From an uncultured Chloroflexia bacterium (GTDB lineage Bacteria; Chloroflexota; Limnocylindria; Limnocylindrales; CSP1-4), in the NCBI GenBank assembly GCA_963746855.1, contig CAVVDC010000008.1:21115-85114 (forward strand): a stretch of 64,000 nt of DNA, given 5' to 3'. The notes below the pieces were generated by a model. The model was given only the letters and a program-made list of their open reading frames with translations, searched no databases and was not told where the DNA came from. Position numbers and translations under genes: made by a program. Shown here in pieces: positions 45,104-54,385 of this stretch (positions are counted from its first letter, which is position 1; each line of letters starts with the position of its first letter).

Positions 45104-45961
45104 TCAGTCCGGCCCGGGCCGGTACAGGACGGCGGCGCCGACGCAGCCCGGACCCAGGTGCGGGCCGACCGAGGGGCCGACGAGGTGGATCGTCACGGCG
45201 TCCGGGTCGAGGTCCGGCGCGCGGGCGAGGACCTCGGTCTTGAAGCCCTCGACGTCGGGCGTGACGGTATGGAGGATCGCGAGGCGCTCGATCGGCCGAT
45301 GCGTGATGAGCTCGATGACGCGCTCCCGCGCCTTGGCCCGCGTTCGGACGCGATCGGCGGTCTCCACGACGCCCTTCTCGACCGCGATGATCGGCTTGAC
45401 CGAGAGCAGCGTGCCGATGGCCGCCTGCGCACCCGAGATCCGGCCGCCCTTCTTGAGGTACTCGAGCGTCTCGAGGGCGACGTACATCCGCATATCCGGC
45501 GCGCGCGTCTCGAGCGTCTCCGCGATCTCGGCGGCGGGTCGGTCATCGGCGGCCATCTCGACCGCCATCCGGGCCAGGATCCCCTCCGCCATCGACGCGC
45601 CCCACGAATCGACGACGTGGATCTCGCGGTCGGGCAGCATGTCGCGCGCGATCTGGGCGCTCTTGATCGTGCCCGACAGCGTGCCGGCGACATGGATCGA
45701 AACGATCGCCTCGGCCCCGGCCTCGAACGCGGCCTCGTAGGCCTCCTTGAACTCGCCCGGTGACGACGCGGCAGTCGTCGGGAACGGGGCGTCCGGCGCG
45801 ACCATCCGCTCCCAGAAGGCCTCGGCCGAGAGTTCCGTACCGGCCTTGAAGGTCTCCGACCCGAAATACACCAGGAGCGGGATGACCGTGATCCCCTCGG
45901 CGCTCGCGTCGGCCGGATCCATGTCCGAGGCCGAATCCGTGAAGATCGCGACGCGGCTCAA
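45104..45961 (-). CDS. DegV family fatty acid-binding protein
   Basis: IFTDSASD, LSGT, DS, YLKKGGRI, KPII, HLGPG; GAGGAGG SD and TTG start. Confidence 0.93.
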   Translation of the reverse strand: MSRVAIFTDSASDMDPADASAEGITVIPLLVYFGSETFKAGTELSAEAFWERMVAPDAPFPTTAASSPGEFKEAYEAAFEAGAEAIVSIHVAGTLSGTIKSAQIARDMLPDREIHVVDSWGASMAEGILARMAVEMAADDRPAAEIAETLETRAPDMRMYVALETLEYLKKGGRISGAQAAIGTLLSVKPIIAVEKGVVETADRVRTRAKARERVIELITHRPIERLAILHTVTPDVEGFKTEVLARAPDLDPDAVTIHLVGPSVGPHLGPGCVGAAVLYRPGPD

Positions 45962-46066
45962 GAGCGTTCCTCCTCGCAGCCCACCCGGACGTTGCGGGCA
46001 TGATACGGGCGGGGTCCAGCCCGGTGTCAGTGCCTGACCGGTCGGCGAGCGGCTACCCTTCGGCCG

Positions 46067-47371
46067 ATGGATCGCTCGCTGTGGGCCGTGCTGGGCGGCA
46101 CGTTCACGCTCCGCTTCAGCACCGGCCTGACGGGCGCGATGCTGAGCGTCTATCTCGCGAAGCTGCCCGACCACGACGGACCGGTCGTGACCGCGACGAC
46201 CCTCGCGTTGCTCCATGCCACGTTCTATGCCGCCGAGCTGGTCCTCTCGCCGGTGTTCGGGCTGCTCTCCGACAAGCTCGGCCACCACCGGGTGATGCTG
46301 TTCGGACCGGTCTTCGGCGCGGCGGCCGTGATCCTGACGGGCCTGACGACGAACCTCCTCCTGCTCGGCGGCACGCGACTCCTCGAAGGCGCGTCGACCG
46401 CCGCCAGCATCCCGTCGATCCTCGGCTACATCGCGGCGGTCACGGCGGGCAACGAGCTCCTCCGGGGCAAGGCCGCGGCGCGCTTCGAGGGCGCGACCCT
46501 GGCCGGCATCGGGGTCGGCTTCGCGGTCGCGCCGCTCCTGTTCGCGGCCCTGGGCCCGGTCGCCTTCTTCCTCAACGCCGCGTTCTACGGCGTGTCGTTC
46601 CTCATCTACCGCTACGGCGTGGCCGACCACGACGCGGACGAGCGAGCCGCTCGTGCGGCCGCCACGAGCAGCCCGCGGATCGACTGGCGGCGCTACGGGA
46701 CGTTGCTCCGGAGCTCGCACGTCTGGCTGCTGGCCCCGACCTGGATCGCCGTGAACGCCGCGATCGGCCTGTGGTTCAGCCAGTCCATCTTCCAGTTCTC
46801 GAAGGCCGACCCACGCTTTCCGGACCAATTCCTCCTACAGGGCTTCAGTCCCGTCCAGATCTCGCTCGCGGCGGTCGTCATCGGGGTGATCTTCGGGGCG
46901 GGCCTCATCTACTGGGGCAACCGCTTCCGGAACATGCGCCGGACGACCATCATCCTGTACGGGATCATCGGCGGCGGCGTCCTGGTGCTCGGGGGCGTGG
47001 CCGTCAACCATGGCGCCGCGATGTCGATCGTCGTGCCGCTCGCCGGGCTGATCGCGTCGGGGATCGGACTCTTCGTGCTCGCCGGTGCGACCCCGGCGGC
47101 GCTCGGGCTCCTGGCCGACATCTCCGAGCGGTTCCCGGCCGATCGCGGCGCCATCATGGGTCTCTACAGCGTCTTCCTGGCGATCGGCCAGATCATCGGC
47201 GCGATCGTCGGTGGGATCGCCGCAGATTGGCGCGGAATCGACGGCCTGCTCATCGCCACGATGGCGATGCTGGTCATCGCCCTGCTGCCGCTCGCCCAGC
47301 TCCGGCGTCAGGAGCACTACGTCGGCGGACCGGGCACGGCGGCCTCGTTCGACGACGTGGCGCCGGCGTGA
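46067..47371 (+). CDS. MFS transporter
   Basis: 12 TM helices; GLLSDKLGHHR motif A. Confidence 0.9.
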   Translation: MDRSLWAVLGGTFTLRFSTGLTGAMLSVYLAKLPDHDGPVVTATTLALLHATFYAAELVLSPVFGLLSDKLGHHRVMLFGPVFGAAAVILTGLTTNLLLLGGTRLLEGASTAASIPSILGYIAAVTAGNELLRGKAAARFEGATLAGIGVGFAVAPLLFAALGPVAFFLNAAFYGVSFLIYRYGVADHDADERAARAAATSSPRIDWRRYGTLLRSSHVWLLAPTWIAVNAAIGLWFSQSIFQFSKADPRFPDQFLLQGFSPVQISLAAVVIGVIFGAGLIYWGNRFRNMRRTTIILYGIIGGGVLVLGGVAVNHGAAMSIVVPLAGLIASGIGLFVLAGATPAALGLLADISERFPADRGAIMGLYSVFLAIGQIIGAIVGGIAADWRGIDGLLIATMAMLVIALLPLAQLRRQEHYVGGPGTAASFDDVAPA

Positions 47372-49039
47372 CGGCCGGGCGGCCCTGGGCACCCGTCCCG
47401 CTGGCACGAGGCAGCCGGGGTGCGGTGGTCGCCCCGCATCACCTGGCCACGGCGGCTGGGCTTGGCGTCCTGCGGGCGGGCGGCTCCGCTGTCGATGCCG
47501 CGATCGCCACGAACGCGGCGCTTGCGGTGGTCATGCCGAGCGGGTGCGGGATCGGCGGTGACGCGTTCTGGTTGACCTGGGATGCGTCGAAGGGCCGACA
47601 GGAAGCCCTCAACGGGTCCGGACGGGCCGGCTCCCGCGCGGATGCCGGCTGGCTCCGGGCGACCGGGCTCACCGAGCTGCCGCGGCGCGGCCCGCTCAGC
47701 GATCACGGTGCCGGGGGCCGTCCGTTCGTGGGGCGACGCCCACGCCGCGCACGGTCGACTGTCACGCGACGCGATCCTGGGCCCGGCCATCGAGCTGGCA
47801 CGGAACGGGTTCCCGGCCTGGGATGGCTTCATCGACGCGGTCGAACGCACGGCGCCGCTGGTCGCCGAGGCGCTTGGTCCGGACGCCGGGTTCTTCCCGG
47901 TCTACCGTCCGCACGGTCGTCCATGGCGAGCCGGCGAGCGGGTCCGCTTGCCGGCCCTCGCCTCGACGCTGGAGACCCTCGCGCGCGATGGCTTCGATGC
48001 CTTCTACGAGGGCGACCTCGCCGAACGACAGGCGCGGACGCTCGACGATGTCGGGGCGCTCGTCACGGCGGCCGACCTGCGCGACCACACCTCGACCCCG
48101 ACCACGCCGATCGAGATCGACTACCGGGGCGTCCGGGTCACGACCCATCCGCCGAACAGCTCGGGCGTGGTCGCCCTCGAGCTGCTCTCGATCCTGTCGC
48201 AGTTCGAGGCACCCGGCGCCGACGCGTTCGGCCCGGCCGGCGTCACCGACCCGGCCTGGATCCACACGGGCATCGAGGCGGCGAAGCTAGCGATGGCCGA
48301 CCGGGACGCGTACCTGACCGACCCGACGTTCGAGGACGTGCCGGTCGAACGCCTCCTCGACCGGGCGCATGCCGCGGAACTCGCGGCCCGGATCGACCCG
48401 CGCCGTGCCGCCCGCCCGGTCGCCTCGGCCAATCCGGTCGGTGGCGGGACGATCTACCTCGCGGTCGTCGACGCCGACGGGAACGCGGTCAGCCTCATCG
48501 AATCGAACTACCTGGGCTTTGGATCGGGGGTCGTGGACCCCGGGACCGGGATCCACTACCAGAACCGCGGGAGCTACTTCAGCCTCGACGAGCGGCATCC
48601 GAACCGCCTCGCGCCCGGCAAGCGGACGCTCCACACGCTGCTCCCCGGGATGCTGTTCCGGGACGGCCAGCCCGGCCCGTGGGTCGTCGCGGGCTCGATG
48701 GGCGGCGACGCGCAGCCGCAGATCCACGCCCAGCTCGTGTCGGCCCTCGTCGATGGTGGGGTGGATATCGCGACCGCCGTTGCGGCGCCGCGCTGGTACG
48801 TCGAACCGCCCGACCACTTCGCGCCGCCCGTCGCCGTCCGCCTCGAACCGCGGCATGCGCCGGGCGTGGCCGAAGCCCTCGCGGCGATCGGGCACACGTT
48901 GCTGCCGACCGAGCCGTTCGACTCGAACCTCGGGCACGAGCATGCCATCGAATGCGTCGCCGGCGGGCCGGCCGCGCCGGATGGTTCGGTGGCGGCTGCG
49001 ACCGACCCGCGAAGCGCCGGCTTGCCGGCCGTCTGGTAG
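47368..49039 (+). pseudogene. ggt: Gamma-glutamyltransferase with a +1 frameshift
   Basis: GGSAVDAAIA, GIGGDAF, NGSG in frame 1; ITVPG, PPNSSG, Thr nucleophile GGTIYLAVVD, MGGDAQPQ, DPR in frame 2; switch at about 47698-47701. Confidence 0.85.
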
Positions 49040-49181
49040 CGGCGCGTCGGTTCTGGCCACCGGCCCCGACGGCCGGTTTCGCGCGCACGACGCGTATACT
49101 CGGGCCCGCCGGTGGCGGGCTGCGCTCACACGAAGCCGCCACCGGCGCTGAGCGTCTTGAGCGCGCCGTCGGGAGGGGCCC

Positions 49182-49454
49182 GTGAGCTCGAACATCAGCC
49201 AGAACTACCCGTACTCCAGCGAGTCCGAGGACGAGCGCGCGTCGAGCATCGCCACGCTCCTCGCGGCGCGGGCAGACCTGGCCGGGACGCTCGCCGCGGA
49301 GACGACGCCGCTCGGTGACGACCCACGGTGGTGGGTCTGGAAGTGCCCGACGCCTGGCTGCCCGGGCCTGCTGCACACGGCCGGCTACGCCCTGGAGAAG
49401 CACGCCGTGTACGTCGTGTGCGACGGAACGTGCGCGAAGACCTTCCTCCGGTAG
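49182..49454 (+). CDS. Small Cys/His-rich protein (possible zinc ribbon)
   Basis: WKCPTPGCPGLLH...VCDGTC..TFLR; GGGAGG SD; TATACT at 49095. Confidence 0.7.
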   Translation: MSSNISQNYPYSSESEDERASSIATLLAARADLAGTLAAETTPLGDDPRWWVWKCPTPGCPGLLHTAGYALEKHAVYVVCDGTCAKTFLR

Positions 49455-50299
49455 GCGACGAGGGCCCGACCGAGAGCGCCAGTCCGGCCGCCGTCGCGAG
49501 CCCGGACGCCGACCTTGGCGCCAGTCGCCGGCAGCTCATCACCGAGGGCCTCGGCATCGCCGTCTCGGCGGTCGGATTCGCGTTCGTGTACGGCCTGTCG
49601 GCGCGGGAGGCCGGTTTCTCGCCGATCGAAGCGATCGCGATGAGCGTGATCGTCTTCGCGGGGGCGGCCCAGTTCGCGGCTGTCGGCTACGTCGCGAGCG
49701 GGCTCGCATGGCCCGGCGTCGTGCTGCTCACCGGCCTCCTGAATGCGCGGCACCTCCTCTACTCCGCGGCCCTCCGGCCGTGGCTGAAGGGCGTGCCATT
49801 CGCCCGCCGCGCGCTCATGGCCCACCTCCTCACGGACGAGGCGTTCGCGCTGACCATCGGTCACTTCCGTCGGATCCGCCGGACCGATGAGTGGGGGTTC
49901 TGGGTGGCCGCCGTCGGGATGACCTTCATCCCGTGGAACCTCGGGACGATCGCCGGCGTGTTCCTGGGGAGCCAGATCCCCGATCCGACGCGCTTCGGCA
50001 TCGACATCATCTTCCCGGCGGCGATGGCCGGCCTCGCGATCGGGCTCATCACCGGGCGGCGCGAGCTCGTGGCGGCCATCGTCGGCGCCGGGATCGCCGT
50101 CGGCGTCGCCCTGGTCTCGAGCCCGTCGATCGGCATCGTCGCCGGCGGGGTGCTCGGGCCGCTCATCGGCCTGCTCATCCCGGCGAGCGCCGCCCATGAG
50201 ACGGCGCCGCTCGGCACGTCGGCGTCAGCCGAGCGCTACGCGATGCCCGGCGCGCACGTCGACCTCGAGACGCCCGATTCGATCATGCCGCCCCGATGA
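49430..50299 (+). CDS. azlC: AzlC family branched-chain amino acid exporter subunit
   Basis: FAGAAQF, NARHLLYS, LTDEAF; start uncertain (49328 or 49430). Confidence 0.9.
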   Translation: MREDLPPVGDEGPTESASPAAVASPDADLGASRRQLITEGLGIAVSAVGFAFVYGLSAREAGFSPIEAIAMSVIVFAGAAQFAAVGYVASGLAWPGVVLLTGLLNARHLLYSAALRPWLKGVPFARRALMAHLLTDEAFALTIGHFRRIRRTDEWGFWVAAVGMTFIPWNLGTIAGVFLGSQIPDPTRFGIDIIFPAAMAGLAIGLITGRRELVAAIVGAGIAVGVALVSSPSIGIVAGGVLGPLIGLLIPASAAHETAPLGTSASAERYAMPGAHVDLETPDSIMPPR

Positions 50300-50637
50300 G
50301 CACGAACCTGGTGATCCTGGCGGTGCTGATGTTCGCGGTCACGTACCCGACGCGTGCCCTGGGCCTGCTCACGCCGGGCCTGGATCGGCTGCCGCGCTGG
50401 GCGTTCGACTACCTGCAGCTCGTCGGACCCGCGGTGCTCGCCGCCCTGGCGGCGGTCGCGGTGATGGTCACGGTCGACGACGGCGGCGTCCCCTCGTTCC
50501 ACGTCGGGGTCGAATGGATCGCCATCCTCGCCTGCCTCGCCATCGTGGCGTGGCGGCGCAACCTGCTGCTCGGGCTGGTCGTCGCGATCGCGATCGTGAC
50601 CGTGACGCGTGGGCTGGGCATCGCCGCAATGCCCTGA
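50296..50637 (+). CDS. azlD: AzlD family protein
   Basis: VTYPTR, PAVLAAL; overlaps azlC. Confidence 0.88.
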   Translation: MSTNLVILAVLMFAVTYPTRALGLLTPGLDRLPRWAFDYLQLVGPAVLAALAAVAVMVTVDDGGVPSFHVGVEWIAILACLAIVAWRRNLLLGLVVAIAIVTVTRGLGIAAMP

Positions 50638-50644
50638 CGCCGGC

Positions 50645-51034
50645 CTAGCCTCGGCGGGCGTCGGCCTCGATCTCGATCAGGAGGCTCGGGTCGATGAGGG
50701 CGCTGACCTCGACCATCGTCGACGCTGGCCGGGTGTCGCCGAAGATCTCGCCGTGGACCGGGACGACCTCGGATGACCGCGCGATGTCGGTCACGAACAT
50801 GCGCGTCCGCACGACATCGGCCAAGCTGAACCCGGCCTCCTCGAGGGCCGCGGCGATGATGGCGAGCGAGGCGCGCGCCTGGGCCGCGATGTCACCGGGG
50901 TGCTGCGAGCGCCCATCCGGACCCGCGTCGGTCGTTCCCGCGACCCAGCACGAGTCGCCCACGACGATAGCCCGGCTGTAGCCGGCGACCGCCTCCCACG
51001 GTCCGCCCGACGAGATGCGACGTCGCCCGGTCAC
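50645..51034 (-). CDS. RidA/YjgF family protein
   Basis: GYSRA, VAGTT, DVVRTR, RPASTMVEV, IEIEA. Confidence 0.92.
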   Translation of the reverse strand: MTGRRRISSGGPWEAVAGYSRAIVVGDSCWVAGTTDAGPDGRSQHPGDIAAQARASLAIIAAALEEAGFSLADVVRTRMFVTDIARSSEVVPVHGEIFGDTRPASTMVEVSALIDPSLLIEIEADARRG

Positions 51035-51037
51035 GCC

Positions 51038-52273
51038 CTATCCGGCCGGTCGCGACTCATCGCGCCAGGCCAGGACCGCCGGATCGCGCGCGATGGCCAA
51101 CAGCAACCCCGCCAGGAGCGCCGTCCGCGGCACGATCGACTCGACGTCGAGATACTCGGCCGGCGAGTGGTCGTTGCCGCCGATCGGCCCGAGCCCGTCC
51201 AAGCTGGCGACGCCCATGCCCGCCGTCGTGTTGGCGTCCGATGCACCGCCCGTCGCCGAATCCGCGATCTCGAAGCCGAGTCCCTCGGCGACGGCCTTCG
51301 CGTGATCGACCAGGCGGGCGCTCCGTGTCAGCTTCTCCATGGGCCACCAACGCGCCATGGGTTCGAACTCGACGGTCACGTCCGGGACCACCGTGGCCTC
51401 GGCGATGCGGCGGACCTCGGCCTCGGCCGTCTCGAGATCGGCGCGGACCGCGGCGCGGAGGTCCACCTCGAGCGAGCAATGCTCCGCCACGACGTTCGGT
51501 CGCGTGCCGCCACCGATGACCCCGACGTTGACAGTGACGCCCGGCCAACGGCCGTTCAGCGCGTGCAGCTCGCCGACGATTCGGGCCGCCTCGAGGATCG
51601 CGCTGCGGCCCTTCTCCGGCTCCACGCCCGCGTGGGCCGCTCGTCCGGTGACCGTGATGCGGAGATCGAGGATGCCCTTGCGCGACGACACGATGTCGCC
51701 GTTCGCGCGGGCGCACTCGAGGACGAGGGTCGCATCCATGGTCCGGGCGATCTCGATGATGTGCGGCGTCGAGGTCGGCGAGCCGATCTCTTCGTCCGGG
51801 TTGGCGATGAACACGAGGCGCTCGAACGGCAGGCCACCGAGCTCGCCCATGAGCGCCTTCAGCGCGTACAGGCCCGCGAGCAGCCCCGACTTCATGTCGG
51901 TCACGCCCGGCCCCCGGGCGATGCCGTCGGCGATCGAGAAGGGCCGCGCCGCCACGGTCCCGGGGTCGAAGACGGTGTCCATGTGCCCGATCAGCAGGAT
52001 GCGTGGGGCGCCGGTGCGACCCTCGAACGTCGCCACGACCGTGTCCCCGAGCCGCCCGGCCGGGTCGGGCCGGACTTCGATCGTGGCGCCGAGCCCGGCC
52101 AGGAAGTCGGCCGTCCAGCGCCCGACCTCGTTGACGCCCGCCGGCGTGTAGCTGCCGCAATCGATGTTGACGAGGCGCTCGAGATCCCGCAGGTAGCTCG
52201 GCAGGTCGGCGGTCACCGCCTGGCGCAGCGCCTCGAGCTCGGGTGCCGCTGCGCTCGCCGTGGGGGCATCCAT
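51038..52273 (-). CDS. M20 family metallopeptidase (glutamate carboxypeptidase-like)
   Basis: GHMDTVF, GPGVTDMKSG, DEEIGS, AHAG, GGASD, DGLGPIGGNDHS. Confidence 0.92.
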   Translation of the reverse strand: MDAPTASAAAPELEALRQAVTADLPSYLRDLERLVNIDCGSYTPAGVNEVGRWTADFLAGLGATIEVRPDPAGRLGDTVVATFEGRTGAPRILLIGHMDTVFDPGTVAARPFSIADGIARGPGVTDMKSGLLAGLYALKALMGELGGLPFERLVFIANPDEEIGSPTSTPHIIEIARTMDATLVLECARANGDIVSSRKGILDLRITVTGRAAHAGVEPEKGRSAILEAARIVGELHALNGRWPGVTVNVGVIGGGTRPNVVAEHCSLEVDLRAAVRADLETAEAEVRRIAEATVVPDVTVEFEPMARWWPMEKLTRSARLVDHAKAVAEGLGFEIADSATGGASDANTTAGMGVASLDGLGPIGGNDHSPAEYLDVESIVPRTALLAGLLLAIARDPAVLAWRDESRPAG

Positions 52274-52361
52274 GCCGAGGAGTCTAGCTCCCGGTGGATG
52301 CGTCGCACCGGTCGGCCGGACGGTCTCCACGGCGATGCCCGCTTGCTATCCTGCCCGGACC

Positions 52362-54122
52362 GTGCGACTGATCGAGACCCGCCTGCTCGAAGGACCGAAC
52401 GTCTACCGGCTCGAGCCGGTGGTGAAGCTCGAGATCGCCGTCGGTCGCCGGCGGACCTGGTACGGGCAACGCGATCCGGGTCGCCACGCCCTGGTCCACC
52501 TCGGCCGGTCCGTGCCGCCGCGTGACTGGCCCGACAGCATCGAAGCCGTGGTCGGCTGGATCCGGCGCCTGCGCGCCGACAACGGCGAGGGGCGGGGCGG
52601 CGTGGTGGTCCATCGCTCGTCCGACCCGGGTCACTGGATCGTGACGTTCCCGTGGGTGGGTGCAGAGCGCGCCCAGACCTTGACCGAGGCGGCGTTGGCG
52701 CTCGCGGGACGAGACGTCTCGCCGTCTCGGACGGCGCGCCTGACGGGCAACCAGGAACGGCTGCTCACGCGCTGGTCGGAGCGCATCGCCGAGGCGCGCA
52801 CCTCGCCACCGGCGTGGATCCGGGACGCGGACCGGCGGGTGCCCGTTGTCTCCATCTCGGGGACGAACGGCAAGAGCACGGTCACCCGGCTCATCACCCA
52901 CATCCTGCTTGGGGCGGGTCGCCACGTCGGGACCACGACCTCGGACGGCGTGCTCGTCGACGAGCGCCTCATCGAGCCGGGCGACTGGACTGGACCGAGC
53001 GGCGCCCAACAGATCCTCGTCCGTCGGGACATCGACGTGGGGGTCCTCGAGACGGCCCGCGGCGGCATCGTGCTGCGTGGTGTCGGCTACGAGTCGAACG
53101 AGGTCAGCGTTCTGACCAACGTCTCGTCCGACCACCTGGACCTGCAGGGCATCCACACGCTCCCCGAGCTCGCCGAGGTGAAGGCCACGATCGCGCGCAT
53201 GACCAAGCCGGGTGGCTGGGTCGTGCTCAACGCCGACGACCCCTACGTGGCGGCGGTGGCCCGTCGGGTGAAGGCTCGGGTCGCGTTCTTCTCGCTCGAC
53301 GAGCGCTCCGCGGTGGTCGACCGGCACCGGGCCCGGGGCGGACGAGCGTACGTGCTCCGGCGCGGCGTGCTGATCGAGGCGAATGGTGAGCCCGAGACGC
53401 GCATCGTGGAGATCGGCGAGGTCCCGATCACCATCGGTGGGCTGGCGCGCCACAACGTGGCCAACGCCCTCGCGGCGGCGGGCGGGGCGCGTGGCCTGGG
53501 AGCGACGATCGCGCAGGTGCGGGACGGCCTCATCGACTTCCGGCCGTCGGCCGAGCGCTCCCCCGGACGGCTCAACATCTACCGGCTCGGGGCGCGGGTC
53601 ATCATCGTTGACTTCGCCCACAACGAGGCGGGCGTCGCCGCCATCCTCGACGTGGCCGAGGGCATCGCCGCCGGTGCGGCTGGCCGGGCGGCGCCCATCA
53701 CGGCGATCGTCGGGACCGCGGGCGACCGGCCGGACGACACGCTCCGAGGCATCGGCCGGATCGCTGCCGAGCGGGCGCAACGGGTCGCGATCAAGCAGAC
53801 GCTCAACTACCTGCGCGGGCGAACGCCGGAGTCGGTCGTGGGCGAGATCCTGGCCGGCATCGAGGCGGGCGGTGGCAGTCGTGCCGACGTCCCGGTCTAC
53901 CGTTCCGAGACCGAGGCGCTGCGGGCCGAGCTCAACGGCGCGGCCGGTCATGGTCCGCACGGACGGCCGGCCGATGCGCCCCGCGTCGTCGTGCTCATGT
54001 GCCACGAGGAGCGCGAGGCGGTGTTCCAGCTGCTCGCGACGCTCGGCGCTCGCCCGGTCGATGTCGCCTCCGAGCTGACCGAGCTCGTGCCCCGGCTGCA
54101 GGGGCGTCCGCGGTCCGGCTGA
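52362..54122 (+). CDS. CphA-like Mur ligase lacking the ATP-grasp domain
   Basis: N-terminus RLLEGPNVY parallels CphA RVLRGPNYW; then SGTNGKST, GDWTGP, ETARGG, TNVSSDHL, LNADD, PGRLN, DFAHN, GDRPD, LRGR. Confidence 0.85.
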   Translation: MRLIETRLLEGPNVYRLEPVVKLEIAVGRRRTWYGQRDPGRHALVHLGRSVPPRDWPDSIEAVVGWIRRLRADNGEGRGGVVVHRSSDPGHWIVTFPWVGAERAQTLTEAALALAGRDVSPSRTARLTGNQERLLTRWSERIAEARTSPPAWIRDADRRVPVVSISGTNGKSTVTRLITHILLGAGRHVGTTTSDGVLVDERLIEPGDWTGPSGAQQILVRRDIDVGVLETARGGIVLRGVGYESNEVSVLTNVSSDHLDLQGIHTLPELAEVKATIARMTKPGGWVVLNADDPYVAAVARRVKARVAFFSLDERSAVVDRHRARGGRAYVLRRGVLIEANGEPETRIVEIGEVPITIGGLARHNVANALAAAGGARGLGATIAQVRDGLIDFRPSAERSPGRLNIYRLGARVIIVDFAHNEAGVAAILDVAEGIAAGAAGRAAPITAIVGTAGDRPDDTLRGIGRIAAERAQRVAIKQTLNYLRGRTPESVVGEILAGIEAGGGSRADVPVYRSETEALRAELNGAAGHGPHGRPADAPRVVVLMCHEEREAVFQLLATLGARPVDVASELTELVPRLQGRPRSG

Positions 54123-54212
54123 CCGCCTTGCGTCGCGGACGCGCGGCGGCGCATCATCGCGCGGACGTCGAGCCGGACGATCCGGTCGGTCGGAGGGTTG
54201 AGGGAGTACGCC

Positions 54213-54308
54213 GTGGAGACAGCGGTCGGCATCGCGCTCATCGTCATCTCAGGGCTCGAGATCGCATTCATCGTCCGCGTGGTCCAGTCGAACATGGGTC
54301 GCAGCTGA
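54213..54308 (+). CDS. Putative 31-aa single-TM small protein
   Basis: GGGAG-N6-GTG; translates METAVGIALIVISGLEIAFIVRVVQSNMGRS; below the ORF-track size cutoff. Confidence 0.4.
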   Translation: METAVGIALIVISGLEIAFIVRVVQSNMGRS

Positions 54309-54344
54309 GTTGACCCTCGAGCTCCCGGCCCCGACGCAAGGGCC

Positions 54345-54385
54345 GCTCGGCGCCTGACCGGCGGCCGGCTCGGCGCCTGACCGGC
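54345..54385 (+). repeat. 18-bp direct repeat, 2 copies
   Basis: gctcggcgcctgaccggc at 54345 and 54368. Confidence 0.75.

Noticed and set aside
52362-54122. Calling this ORF a peptidoglycan MurE/MurF or a broken cphA fragment
   Set aside because: CphA-specific motifs and a CphA-like N-terminus, no dcw context, an intact frame with its own promoter, and clear divergence from the adjacent cphA
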